A DNA stretch of 24,000 nucleotides from the NCBI GenBank assembly GCA_965247715.1, contig CBDFHS010000005.1, positions 54,113 through 78,112 of the forward strand, read 5' to 3'. The notes beneath the pieces were generated by a model. The model saw nothing but the letters and a program-made list of their open reading frames with translations, ran no database searches and was not told where the DNA came from. A program made the position numbers and the translations under genes. Numbering within the stretch: position 1 is the first letter of the stretch; every line of letters begins with the position of its first letter. The DNA comes from Nakamurella sp. GTDB lineage: Bacteria; Actinomycetota; Actinomycetes; Mycobacteriales; Nakamurellaceae. Below, piece by piece: positions 1 to 7,727 of the stretch.

Positions 1-867
1 GCCGGTCGGCTGGCCGGCCTAGCCGACCGGTTCGCCGACGACGTACTGATCGTCATGCGCGTGTACGTCGAGAAGCCCCGTACCCGCCTTGGCTGGAAGG
101 GGATGGTCAGCGACCCCAGGCTGGATGGCTCCGATGACCTCGGCGGTGGCCTGCGGATGTCGCGGCAGCTGATGGTCGATATCGCCGACCGGGGCGTGCC
201 GGTGGCCTGCGAGTTCCTCGACCCGGTGCCGCACCGCTACCTGTCCGATGCAGTGTCCTGGAGCTCGATCGGGGCACGCACGGTGCAGAGCCCGGTGCAC
301 CGGCAGCTCGCCAGCGGCCTGCACTCCCCTGTGGGGCTCAAGAATGCCACCAGTGGCCAGGTAGAGGACGCGATCGACGCGATTCTCACTGCGGCTCACG
401 GACACGTCTTCCCTGGTATCACCGAGGACGGCCAGGCGGCTGTCGTCTCCACGGCCGGCAACCCGGATTGTCACCTGGTCCTGCGCGGCGGCAGCACCGG
501 GCCCAACTACGGACCCAAGCACGTCGGACGGGCCCTGGACCTGCTCGCCGCCGCCGGTCTGCCCCCGCGGCTGTTCATCGACGCCAGTCACGGAAATTGC
601 GGCAAGGACCACCGCCGACAGCCGCAGGTGGTCGCGGACGTCGCGGCCCAGATCAGCGGCGGGCAGCACGGCATCGCGGGGGTAATGCTGGAGAGCTTCC
701 TGACCGCGGGCCGGCAGGACCTCGTCCTCGGCCGGGCCGACCGGCTCACTTTCGGTCAGAGCGTCACGGACGCCTGCATCGGCTGGGACGAGACGGCCCA
801 GCTCGTCGAGCAGCTCGCCACAGCCTCCTTCCGCCGCTCGGCCCAGCGGGCCCCGCTGGCTGCTTAG
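1..867 (+). CDS. DAHP synthase, class I-alpha (AroG/F/H-like); 5' end lies outside the window
   Basis: Frame 1 is open from nt 1 (..DDVLIVMRVYVEKPRTRLGWKGMVSDP..). It is collinear by eye with E. coli AroG from VMRVYFEKPRTTVGWKG through GARTxxSxxHRxLASGL, PVGxKN, CHxxLRGG, IDxSHxN and DACIGW to the C-terminus. Stop TAG at 865-867. Confidence 0.9.
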   Translation, partial: AGRLAGLADRFADDVLIVMRVYVEKPRTRLGWKGMVSDPRLDGSDDLGGGLRMSRQLMVDIADRGVPVACEFLDPVPHRYLSDAVSWSSIGARTVQSPVHRQLASGLHSPVGLKNATSGQVEDAIDAILTAAHGHVFPGITEDGQAAVVSTAGNPDCHLVLRGGSTGPNYGPKHVGRALDLLAAAGLPPRLFIDASHGNCGKDHRRQPQVVADVAAQISGGQHGIAGVMLESFLTAGRQDLVLGRADRLTFGQSVTDACIGWDETAQLVEQLATASFRRSAQRAPLAA

Positions 868-891
868 GACTCAGCCGCTTAGGACTCAACA
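862..891. repeat. 15-bp tandem duplication spanning the DAHP synthase stop codon
   Basis: gcttaggactcagcc (862-876) is followed directly by gcttaggactcaaca (877-891). The first 12 nt are identical, so the TAG stop (865-867) recurs in frame at 880-882. Confidence 0.85.
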
Positions 892-907
892 GAAGGGAGC
901 CCAGTCC

Positions 908-3235
908 ATGAACGAAACCACGACATCGAGGTCGACGCTACCGTTGGCCCACCTCACCGGGACCCCGGTCGGCACAACGCACCGCGTCGCGATCACCGTC
1001 CCGGGTGGTGGCGACTGGCGCCGCCGACAGTATGCCGAGGCCGCCCTGGCGGTGCTGGTACATCGCTACACCGGCGAGACCGACCTGACCATCGCCAGCG
1101 ACGAGCTGGGCGCTGTGCTGCCGGTGCACCTCACCGCGGAGACGAAGGCCTGCGCCCTGCTCAACGCCATCGCCGCGGTGCCCCCGGGCACGCTGGACAA
1201 CCGTAGGGCCGTCGCCGCGGTGGTCGGCGTGGAACCCGCCGGCCCGCTGCCGGCACCACTCACGGTCGTCGTCGGTGACGGCGCTGCGGAGCTGCTGATG
1301 CCCGGTGACGAGTTTGACGACCGGGCGGTCGGGCAGTACGCCCGCCACCTCGTCCGGGTCATGGCGACGCTCTCGGCCGACCCGACTATCTCGGTGGGCG
1401 ACATCGCCCTGCTGACCGACGAGGAGACCCACAAGATCCTGGTCGACTGGAACATCACCGACGAGGACGTGCCGCCGGCCTTCTTCCACGAGATCATCGC
1501 CGACATTGCGGCGCGCACCCCGGACACCGTGGCGGTGGCCTCGCCCGGGGGCACGTTGACGTTCGGGGAGCTGGACCGGTGCGCCAACCAGTTGGCGCAC
1601 CGGCTCGCCGGGTTGGGCGCCCACCCGCACGACCGGATCGCGACCTGTTTCCCGCGCGGCCCGGAGAGCCTGATCGCCCAGCTGGCCTGCTTCAAGGCCG
1701 GAGCCGCCGCGGTTCTGCTCGATCCGGACTTCCCGGTGGACCGCCTCCGGTACATGATCGAGGACGCCGGCTCGGTGGTCGCCCTGACAATGGCCGAGCA
1801 TGAGCCGAAGCTGTACGGAATCTGCCCGGTCGTGCCGCTGGACACCGACGGCTGGCGCTCCGAGCCGGAGACCCCGGTCAACGAGCCGGTCACCGCGGAC
1901 GACCTCATCCACGTCTGCTACACCTCGGGTTCCACCGGAATGCCCAAAGCCGTCCTGGTCCGCCACGGTGCCGCCCGCAACCTCATCTACAGCATGCGCA
2001 AGGTGTTGGGCATAACGAGCGAGTCGCGCGGCACCTGGCTCGCCGCGCCCGGCTACGGCATGGTCGAGGTTGAGTGCTTCTCCGTGCTCGCGGCCGGTGC
2101 CCCGGTGCAGATCCCGGAGCCGCACGTGGTGACCTCGCCAGTCTGGTTGCGCGACTGGCTGGTGGCCGAGCGGATCACCCACACCTTGCTGATGAAGGCG
2201 ATGGCCGAGCGGCTGTGGACCCTGCCGTGGCCGGCGGACACGGCGTTGCAGAACATCCGCATCTGCGGGGAGCGGGTGCAGTCGTGGCCGCCGGCCGCAC
2301 TGCCCTTCCGGGTCTTCAACCTGTACGGCTCGGCTGAGGCCACGGTCGTGGCGACCTGCGACATCACCGGCCTCGGGCAGGAGCTCGGCGAACACGGGCG
2401 GGCGGTGGAGCTGCCGCCCATCGGCCGGCCGCTGCACAACGTCAAGACGTACGTCCTCGACGAGCGTCTGCGCCCCGTGCCTCCGGGCGTGGTCGGGGAG
2501 ATCTTTGTGGCCGGTGCCAGCCTGTCGGAGGGCTACCTCAACCAGCCGGCCGCGACTGCCGAGAAGTGGCTTGCCAATCCGATGGACCCGGTCCGGTACC
2601 CCGTCCTGTACCGCACCGGGGACATGGCCCGGTACTGGGCGGACGGCAACATCGAAATCGTCGGGCGGGCTGACAACCAGGTGAAGGTCCGCGGCAATCG
2701 GGTACACCTCGGCGAGATCGAAGTGGCCCTGGCCGCCCAGCCGGGCGTGCACCAGGCGGCAGTGCTAGCCAAGAAGGACGACGACGGCGACACCCGACTG
2801 GTGGCCTATCTGGAGCCGGAGGGCGGCGCCCGGATCGTCGTCCGGGAGATCCGCAGCGCCCTGCGGGACCGGCTGCCGTCCTTCATGATTCCGGTGGCCT
2901 ACATCGTCGGCGTCTTCCCGACCAGCACTAATGGCAAGATCGACCGCAAGACGCTGCCCGAGCCGCCGCGCTCGCGCCCGGATGTGGGCAGCGCGTATCA
3001 GGAGCCGCGCAACCCGATCGAGGAGCAACTGCACCTGTTGTGGACATCCACCCTGGACCTGGAGGGCATCGGGGTGCTGGACAACTTCTTCGAACTGGGT
3101 GGCGACTCGCTACGGGCCGCGACCCTGACAGCGAAGATCCAGGCGTTCTTCCGGGTCGACATCACAATCGACGACCTGTTCGACGAGGCCAGCATCGAGC
3201 GGATGGCCCTGACCGTCGGAGCCGCCCTGCGTTGA
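908..3235 (+). CDS. NRPS module: vestigial C-terminal half of a condensation domain, adenylation domain, peptidyl carrier protein (C*-A-T), 775 aa
   Basis: ATG at 908 with GAAGGGAG 8 nt upstream. A-domain cores: YTSGSTGMPKA (A3), NLYGSAEAT (A5), YRTGDMARY (A7), GRADNQVKVRGNRVHLGEIE (A8), NGKIDRK (A10). PCP motif FFELGGDSLRA. The first ~175 aa resemble only the distal half of a C domain (..LLTDEETHKILVDWN); no HHxxxDG motif is present. Confidence 0.9.
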   Translation: MNETTTSRSTLPLAHLTGTPVGTTHRVAITVPGGGDWRRRQYAEAALAVLVHRYTGETDLTIASDELGAVLPVHLTAETKACALLNAIAAVPPGTLDNRRAVAAVVGVEPAGPLPAPLTVVVGDGAAELLMPGDEFDDRAVGQYARHLVRVMATLSADPTISVGDIALLTDEETHKILVDWNITDEDVPPAFFHEIIADIAARTPDTVAVASPGGTLTFGELDRCANQLAHRLAGLGAHPHDRIATCFPRGPESLIAQLACFKAGAAAVLLDPDFPVDRLRYMIEDAGSVVALTMAEHEPKLYGICPVVPLDTDGWRSEPETPVNEPVTADDLIHVCYTSGSTGMPKAVLVRHGAARNLIYSMRKVLGITSESRGTWLAAPGYGMVEVECFSVLAAGAPVQIPEPHVVTSPVWLRDWLVAERITHTLLMKAMAERLWTLPWPADTALQNIRICGERVQSWPPAALPFRVFNLYGSAEATVVATCDITGLGQELGEHGRAVELPPIGRPLHNVKTYVLDERLRPVPPGVVGEIFVAGASLSEGYLNQPAATAEKWLANPMDPVRYPVLYRTGDMARYWADGNIEIVGRADNQVKVRGNRVHLGEIEVALAAQPGVHQAAVLAKKDDDGDTRLVAYLEPEGGARIVVREIRSALRDRLPSFMIPVAYIVGVFPTSTNGKIDRKTLPEPPRSRPDVGSAYQEPRNPIEEQLHLLWTSTLDLEGIGVLDNFFELGGDSLRAATLTAKIQAFFRVDITIDDLFDEASIERMALTVGAALR

Positions 3236-3314
3236 TGACGCCGGCCTTCCGATCCGGTGCGGTGTCTCGGCCGTGAGATTTTCACGATCGACCATGAAGT
3301 GTTCATACCCGATT

Positions 3315-3326
3315 GATGACGTCATC
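3315..3326. promoter_or_regulatory. Perfect 12-bp palindrome GATGACGTCATC in the NRPS-MFS intergenic region; candidate operator
   Basis: Self-complementary over 12/12 nt. It lies in the only AT-richer spacer of the cluster (3236-3499), about 175 nt upstream of the MFS start. Confidence 0.35.
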
Positions 3327-3499
3327 TGTAGGGGTGCGAATCTTGTCCGAACTACGCTGTCGGGGTGTCGGGAAAGCGTCGGCACGAAAGCGTGATCAAG
3401 CCTTTCCAACCCGTGCGATGTCAACCTTCGCGCCCTTTTTCACCGCAGCTGTGGATGCCGACGCCTCAATGATCCCAGAACAATGTGGAAGGAAGGGAA

Positions 3500-4948
3500 A
3501 TGGCTTCTCAAAATGGCGGTCGCCCGCCATTGGCGCTGCTTTGCAGTGCTCAGTTCATGTTGACCCTCGACTTCGCGATCGTGAATGTCGCGCTGCCCGA
3601 GATCAGCCATGGACTGAAGTTCAGCAGCGGCAGCCTGCAGTGGGTGATCGGCGCCTATGCCCTTTTCTTCGGCGGCTTCCTGCTGCTCGGCGGCCGGGCC
3701 GGCGACCTGTTCGGACGTAAGCGGATGTTCGTCGTGGGGCTCGTCATCTTCACACTCGCGTCTCTGATCGGTGGCCTCGCCACCGCGCCGATCATCCTGA
3801 TCGTCGCTAGAGCGGCCCAGGGGTTGTCCGCGGCAGCGGTCTCACCGGCCGTGCTCGCCCTGATCGCCGCCGGGTACACAGACCCGGCGGCCAGAGCCAA
3901 GGCCATGGGCGTCTTCGGCGCGGTTGCGTCGGCCGGTTTCGCCGGCGGAGTGCTCGCCGGTGGCATCCTCACCGAGTACCTCGGCTGGCGCTCGGTCATG
4001 TACGTCAACGTGCCAGTCGGCATCCTGCTGGTGGCTCTGGCCATCCGTAAGCTGGTTCCGGACCACCTCGGCCACCGGGCGCGCCGGGTGGATGTGCCCG
4101 GCGCGGTGCTGGTGACCGCGGCGTTCTGCCTCTTCAGCTACGCCCTCACCGCGGCCTCGGACCGGGGCTGGGGTGCGCCGACGGTCATCTGGCCGATCGT
4201 GGGTGGTAGCGTGCTACTCCTCGCCTTCCTGGCCCTGGAGGTCAGGGTCAAGGAGCCACTGGTCACGCTCAGCATCTTCAAGATCCGTAGTGTCACGGGC
4301 GGCAACGTGATCGCCTTCCTGTCCGGTGGAGTCATGTCGATCTCCACCTTCTGCCTGACCCTCTACATGCAGCAGATCCTGCACTACTCGTCGATCCGTA
4401 CCGGGCTGGCGTTCTTTCCGCAGGCATTGGTGGTCGTCCTGGCCAGCCTCCCGGTGGCCAAGATGACGACGCGGTACGGCCCGCGTCCGGTGCTGGTCGG
4501 TGGCGCGCTGTTCCTGGTGGCCGGTTCCTCGTGGCTGATCCTGGCCGACGGCCCGGGTACCTATCTGAGTCACGTGCTCCCCGGTGGTGTGCTCCTCGGC
4601 TGCGGGGTGACCGTCATGATGATCACCACGGCGTTCGCCGCCACCAGCGGGGTGTCGCCGCAGCACATGGGTCTGGCGTCGGGCCTGTACAACTCCCTAC
4701 GCCAGCTCGGGGTCGGCCTCTGCCTCGCGGTGGCGGTCGCCCTGGCCGGTTTCGGCGGCAGCGGCAGCGATGTGTCCCATTTCCGCACCGCCTTCATTCT
4801 GTCGGCAGTCCTATCCGCGGTCATCGTCGTCTCGGCGGTGCTGATCCCGGGCCGTAAGCCGGCCGCGGCCCCGGTCTCCCCGGTCTCCCCGGTTGGCCCG
4901 GCGTCTTCCCGTCCGGCCCGGGAGCGGGCGGCAGCCGGCACCGAATAG
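3500..4948 (+). CDS. MFS transporter, DHA2 (EmrB/QacA-like, 14-TMS type) drug/metabolite exporter
   Basis: ATG at 3500 preceded by GGAAGGAAGGGAAA; the ORF-track start at 3485 is a GTG inside that RBS. Motif A GRAGDLFGRKRMFVVG is present, with many hydrophobic segments across 482 aa. Confidence 0.85.
   Translation: MASQNGGRPPLALLCSAQFMLTLDFAIVNVALPEISHGLKFSSGSLQWVIGAYALFFGGFLLLGGRAGDLFGRKRMFVVGLVIFTLASLIGGLATAPIILIVARAAQGLSAAAVSPAVLALIAAGYTDPAARAKAMGVFGAVASAGFAGGVLAGGILTEYLGWRSVMYVNVPVGILLVALAIRKLVPDHLGHRARRVDVPGAVLVTAAFCLFSYALTAASDRGWGAPTVIWPIVGGSVLLLAFLALEVRVKEPLVTLSIFKIRSVTGGNVIAFLSGGVMSISTFCLTLYMQQILHYSSIRTGLAFFPQALVVVLASLPVAKMTTRYGPRPVLVGGALFLVAGSSWLILADGPGTYLSHVLPGGVLLGCGVTVMMITTAFAATSGVSPQHMGLASGLYNSLRQLGVGLCLAVAVALAGFGGSGSDVSHFRTAFILSAVLSAVIVVSAVLIPGRKPAAAPVSPVSPVGPASSRPARERAAAGTE
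4871..4894 (+). repeat. 9-bp coding tandem repeat (ccggtctcc x2 plus a partial copy) giving PVSPVSPVG in the MFS C-terminal tail
   Basis: ccggtctcc occurs at 4871-4879 and 4880-4888, then ccggtt. Confidence 0.8.
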
Positions 4949-4964
4949 GCATTGCCCTCCCCGA

Positions 4965-5002
4965 GACAGATCGGCCCCGCCGTCAGGCTGGGTCGATCTG
5001 TC
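4965..5002 (+). terminator. Hairpin downstream of the MFS gene (9-bp stem GACAGATCG/CGATCTGTC, 20-nt loop)
   Basis: Perfect inverted repeat 4965-4973 / 4994-5002, 17 nt after the stop codon. There is no U-tract. Confidence 0.3.
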
Positions 5003-5010
5003 GTGTGCGG

Positions 5011-5031
5011 GGCGGTTCTCGTGGAACCGCC
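5011..5031 (+). terminator. GC-rich hairpin (8-bp stem GGCGGTTC/GAACCGCC, 5-nt loop), I-shaped terminator candidate
   Basis: Perfect inverted repeat 5011-5018 / 5024-5031, directly after the first hairpin. There is no U-tract. Confidence 0.35.
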
Positions 5032-5155
5032 GGCTGTCCGCCGTCGTGGAATCGCGTGCCGGACAGGACTGACAAGTGCTGCTTATCGCGCCTCCATTGC
5101 CCTCCCGGCGGGTCCGACGTAGCGTTTTCGTTGGTAACAATGTAAAGGGAGAGCT

Positions 5156-6403
5156 ATGACCCACATACTCGTGGCCGGCGGCGGCATCGGCGGCCTGGCC
5201 GCTGCGCTGGCAGCCGCCGAGCGCCAACACCACGTCACGGTTCTGGAACGGCAGGACACCTTCGCGGAGTACGGCGCCGGCATCCAGCTGGCGCCGAATG
5301 CGTTCCATGCCCTCGACCGGCTCGGGGTGGGCCAGCTGGTTCGCCGCCGCGCGGTGTTCATCGACGAGTTGCGGCTGATGGACAGTCGCAACGGACGCAA
5401 GCTGGCCGCCCTGCCACTCGGCGAGGCCTACCAGCGGCGGTTCGGCAACCCGTACGCGGTTGTGCACCGCGGCGACCTTTACCTGGCGCTGCTTGACGCG
5501 TGCCGGGCCAACCGGCGCATCGAGCTGCGGCCCGGCACCGCGGTCACCGGGTACCGACAGAGGCCGGACCGGGTCGTCGCTCTGACCGCGGCCGGCGACC
5601 CGGTTGCCGGCACCGCCCTGATCGGCGCGGACGGTCTGCGCTCGGCGGTGCGTGCCCAGCTTGTCGGCGATGGCCGCCCCCGGGTCTCCGGCCACACCAT
5701 CTACCGGTGCGTCATCCCGATGAGCCAGGTCCCGCCGGAGCTGCGCTGGAACGCGGTCACGCTGTGGGCCGGCCCGGGCTGGCACTTCGTGCACTACCCG
5801 ATCGGCAGGGGGGAGTTCCTCAACCTGGCCGCCACCCGCGACGACGGCGCGGAGGCCGAGGTGAGCGGCGTGCCGGTCGACCGGGCGCACGTCTTCGGCC
5901 AGTTCCCGGGTCTGGGGCGCACCGCCCGCCGGCTGCTCGAGCTGGGCGACGGATGGCGGTCCTGGGTGCTCTGTGACCGTGACCCCGGTAACGCCTGGGT
6001 CGACGGACGGGTGGCCCTGCTGGGCGACGCCGCCCACCCGATGCTGCAGTACGCGGCGCAGGGCGCGTGCACGGCCCTCGAGGACGCCGTCGTTCTGGGA
6101 CGCTTCCTGGCCCCCGGCAGCCTGCCGCAAGGCCTGCTTGCGTACGCCGCGCACCGGCGGCACCGCACCGCCCGGATCCAACTGCTGGCCCGGGCCATGG
6201 GTGAGCGGCTCTACCACGCCTGCGGCGCCGAGGCCGACGACCGCGACAGCATGCTGACGGGGCTGACCGAGCCGGACATGCTCGACGCGGTCGCCTGGCT
6301 GCACGGCCCGGAGGCGATCGACGTCGACCCCGCCGGCACGGAGCCGATCGGCTCCGTGCCGGGTGGCCACCCCGTCTCGGTCGGCGTCGGGGGGCGGGGA
6401 TGA
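5156..6403 (+). CDS. FAD-dependent aromatic-ring monooxygenase (salicylate hydroxylase / 3-hydroxybenzoate 6-hydroxylase family)
   Basis: ATG at 5156 after AAAGGGAGAG. Motifs: [18 protein letters not shown] (GxGxxG), [10 protein letters not shown] (DG motif), [24 protein letters not shown] (GD motif). Confidence 0.85.
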   Translation: MTHILVAGGGIGGLAAALAAAERQHHVTVLERQDTFAEYGAGIQLAPNAFHALDRLGVGQLVRRRAVFIDELRLMDSRNGRKLAALPLGEAYQRRFGNPYAVVHRGDLYLALLDACRANRRIELRPGTAVTGYRQRPDRVVALTAAGDPVAGTALIGADGLRSAVRAQLVGDGRPRVSGHTIYRCVIPMSQVPPELRWNAVTLWAGPGWHFVHYPIGRGEFLNLAATRDDGAEAEVSGVPVDRAHVFGQFPGLGRTARRLLELGDGWRSWVLCDRDPGNAWVDGRVALLGDAAHPMLQYAAQGACTALEDAVVLGRFLAPGSLPQGLLAYAAHRRHRTARIQLLARAMGERLYHACGAEADDRDSMLTGLTEPDMLDAVAWLHGPEAIDVDPAGTEPIGSVPGGHPVSVGVGGRG

Positions 6404-7641
6404 GCACTCTGCGCTGGCTCACCGCCGGGGAGTCGCACGGAGCCGCGCTGGTGGCGACCCTGGAGGGACTGCCGGCCGGGGTGCCGGTCACCACCGCGGA
6501 CGTCGGCGCCGCGCTTGCCCGCCGCCGCCTGGGCCATGGCCGTGGCGCCCGGATGAGCTTCGAGCGTGACGAGGTCTCCATCGTCGGCGGGGTCAGACAC
6601 GGGCAAACGATCGGCTCGCCGGTCGCCATCGTGGTCGCCAACTCGGAGTGGCCGAAGTGGGAGCAGGTGATGGCGGCCGACCCGGTCCCAGCCGCGATGC
6701 TCAACGGGCTCGCCCGCAACGCGCCGCTGACCCGGCCGCGGCCCGGGCACGCCGACCTGGCCGGCATGCAGAAGTACGGGTTCGGCGACGCCCGGCCGGT
6801 GCTCGAGCGCGCCAGCGCGCGGGAGACGGCGGCCCGGGTGGCGCTGGGCGCGGTCGCGCGCGCCTATCTGTGCGAGACCGTCGGGGTGTGGATCGTCTCG
6901 CACGTCGTCGAGCTCGGCGGTGTCACCTCCCCGGCCGGCCGGTACCCCACCCCGGACGACGAGGGTGCTCTGGACGCCGACCCGGTGCGGTGTCTCGACG
7001 CGGCCGCGAGCAGCGCGATGGTGGCCCGCATCGACCAGGCGCACCGGAGCGGGGAGACCCTGGGTGGTGTCGTGGAGGTGCTGGCGTACCGCGTCCCGGT
7101 GGGGCTGGGCTCCCACGTCCACTGGGACCGCCGCCTCGATGCCCGCCTGGCGGCGGCGTTGATGGGCATCCAGGCGATCAAGGGCGTCGAGGTGGGGGAC
7201 GGGTTTGCTTCCGCGCGGGTGCCGGGCTCCGCCGCCCATGACGAGATCGTGGCGGGGGACGACGGGCTGCGGCGTACCTCCGCGCGTGCCGGTGGCATCG
7301 AGGGCGGCCTGAGCACCGGCGAGCCGCTGCGGGTCCGAGCGGCGATGAAGCCGATCGCCACGGTGCCGCGGGCGCTGGCCACAGTGGACGTGGCGACAGG
7401 AAAGCCGGCGCGCGCCCACCACCAGCGTTCCGACGTGTGTGCCGTGCCGGCCGCAGGCATCGTTGCCGAGGCCATGGTGGCTCTGGTGCTGGCGGACGCG
7501 GTGGCGGAGAAGTTCGGCGGCGACTCGGTCGCCGAGACCCGCCGCAACGTCCAGGGCTACCTGGAGCACCTGGCCGATCCGTGCCGGACGACCTGGGCGC
7601 CGGTGATTCCGGCGCCGGCGCTAGGCGAGAAGAATAGCTAA
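6400..7641 (+). CDS. aroC: Chorismate synthase
   Basis: N-terminus [24 protein letters not shown] is the chorismate synthase signature; further matches at [18 protein letters not shown] and GGxEGG. The start overlaps the upstream stop (ATGA at 6400-6403). Confidence 0.92.
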   Translation: MSTLRWLTAGESHGAALVATLEGLPAGVPVTTADVGAALARRRLGHGRGARMSFERDEVSIVGGVRHGQTIGSPVAIVVANSEWPKWEQVMAADPVPAAMLNGLARNAPLTRPRPGHADLAGMQKYGFGDARPVLERASARETAARVALGAVARAYLCETVGVWIVSHVVELGGVTSPAGRYPTPDDEGALDADPVRCLDAAASSAMVARIDQAHRSGETLGGVVEVLAYRVPVGLGSHVHWDRRLDARLAAALMGIQAIKGVEVGDGFASARVPGSAAHDEIVAGDDGLRRTSARAGGIEGGLSTGEPLRVRAAMKPIATVPRALATVDVATGKPARAHHQRSDVCAVPAAGIVAEAMVALVLADAVAEKFGGDSVAETRRNVQGYLEHLADPCRTTWAPVIPAPALGEKNS

Positions 7642-7727
7642 TCATCTTCCTGTTGTTCGGCGTGATGTTACCGACCTAGCGTTTACGTAGGTACCAACAC
7701 GCCGGCCGACCCGAAAGGATCACGTCG

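Noticed and set aside
938-2752. Long antisense ORFs opposite the biosynthetic genes: 938-2752, 4811-6370, 6211-7569, 11611-13107 and 14915-16834 on the minus strand, plus many shorter ones.
   Set aside because: Their Arg/Pro/Gly/Ala-rich, low-complexity translations contain no recognisable motifs. They are the shadow frames expected in ~70% GC DNA opposite genes with strong family signatures.
3313-3720. A 135-aa ORF spanning the NRPS-MFS spacer into the MFS gene.
   Set aside because: It is out of frame with the well-supported MFS gene and has no motifs or plausible RBS.
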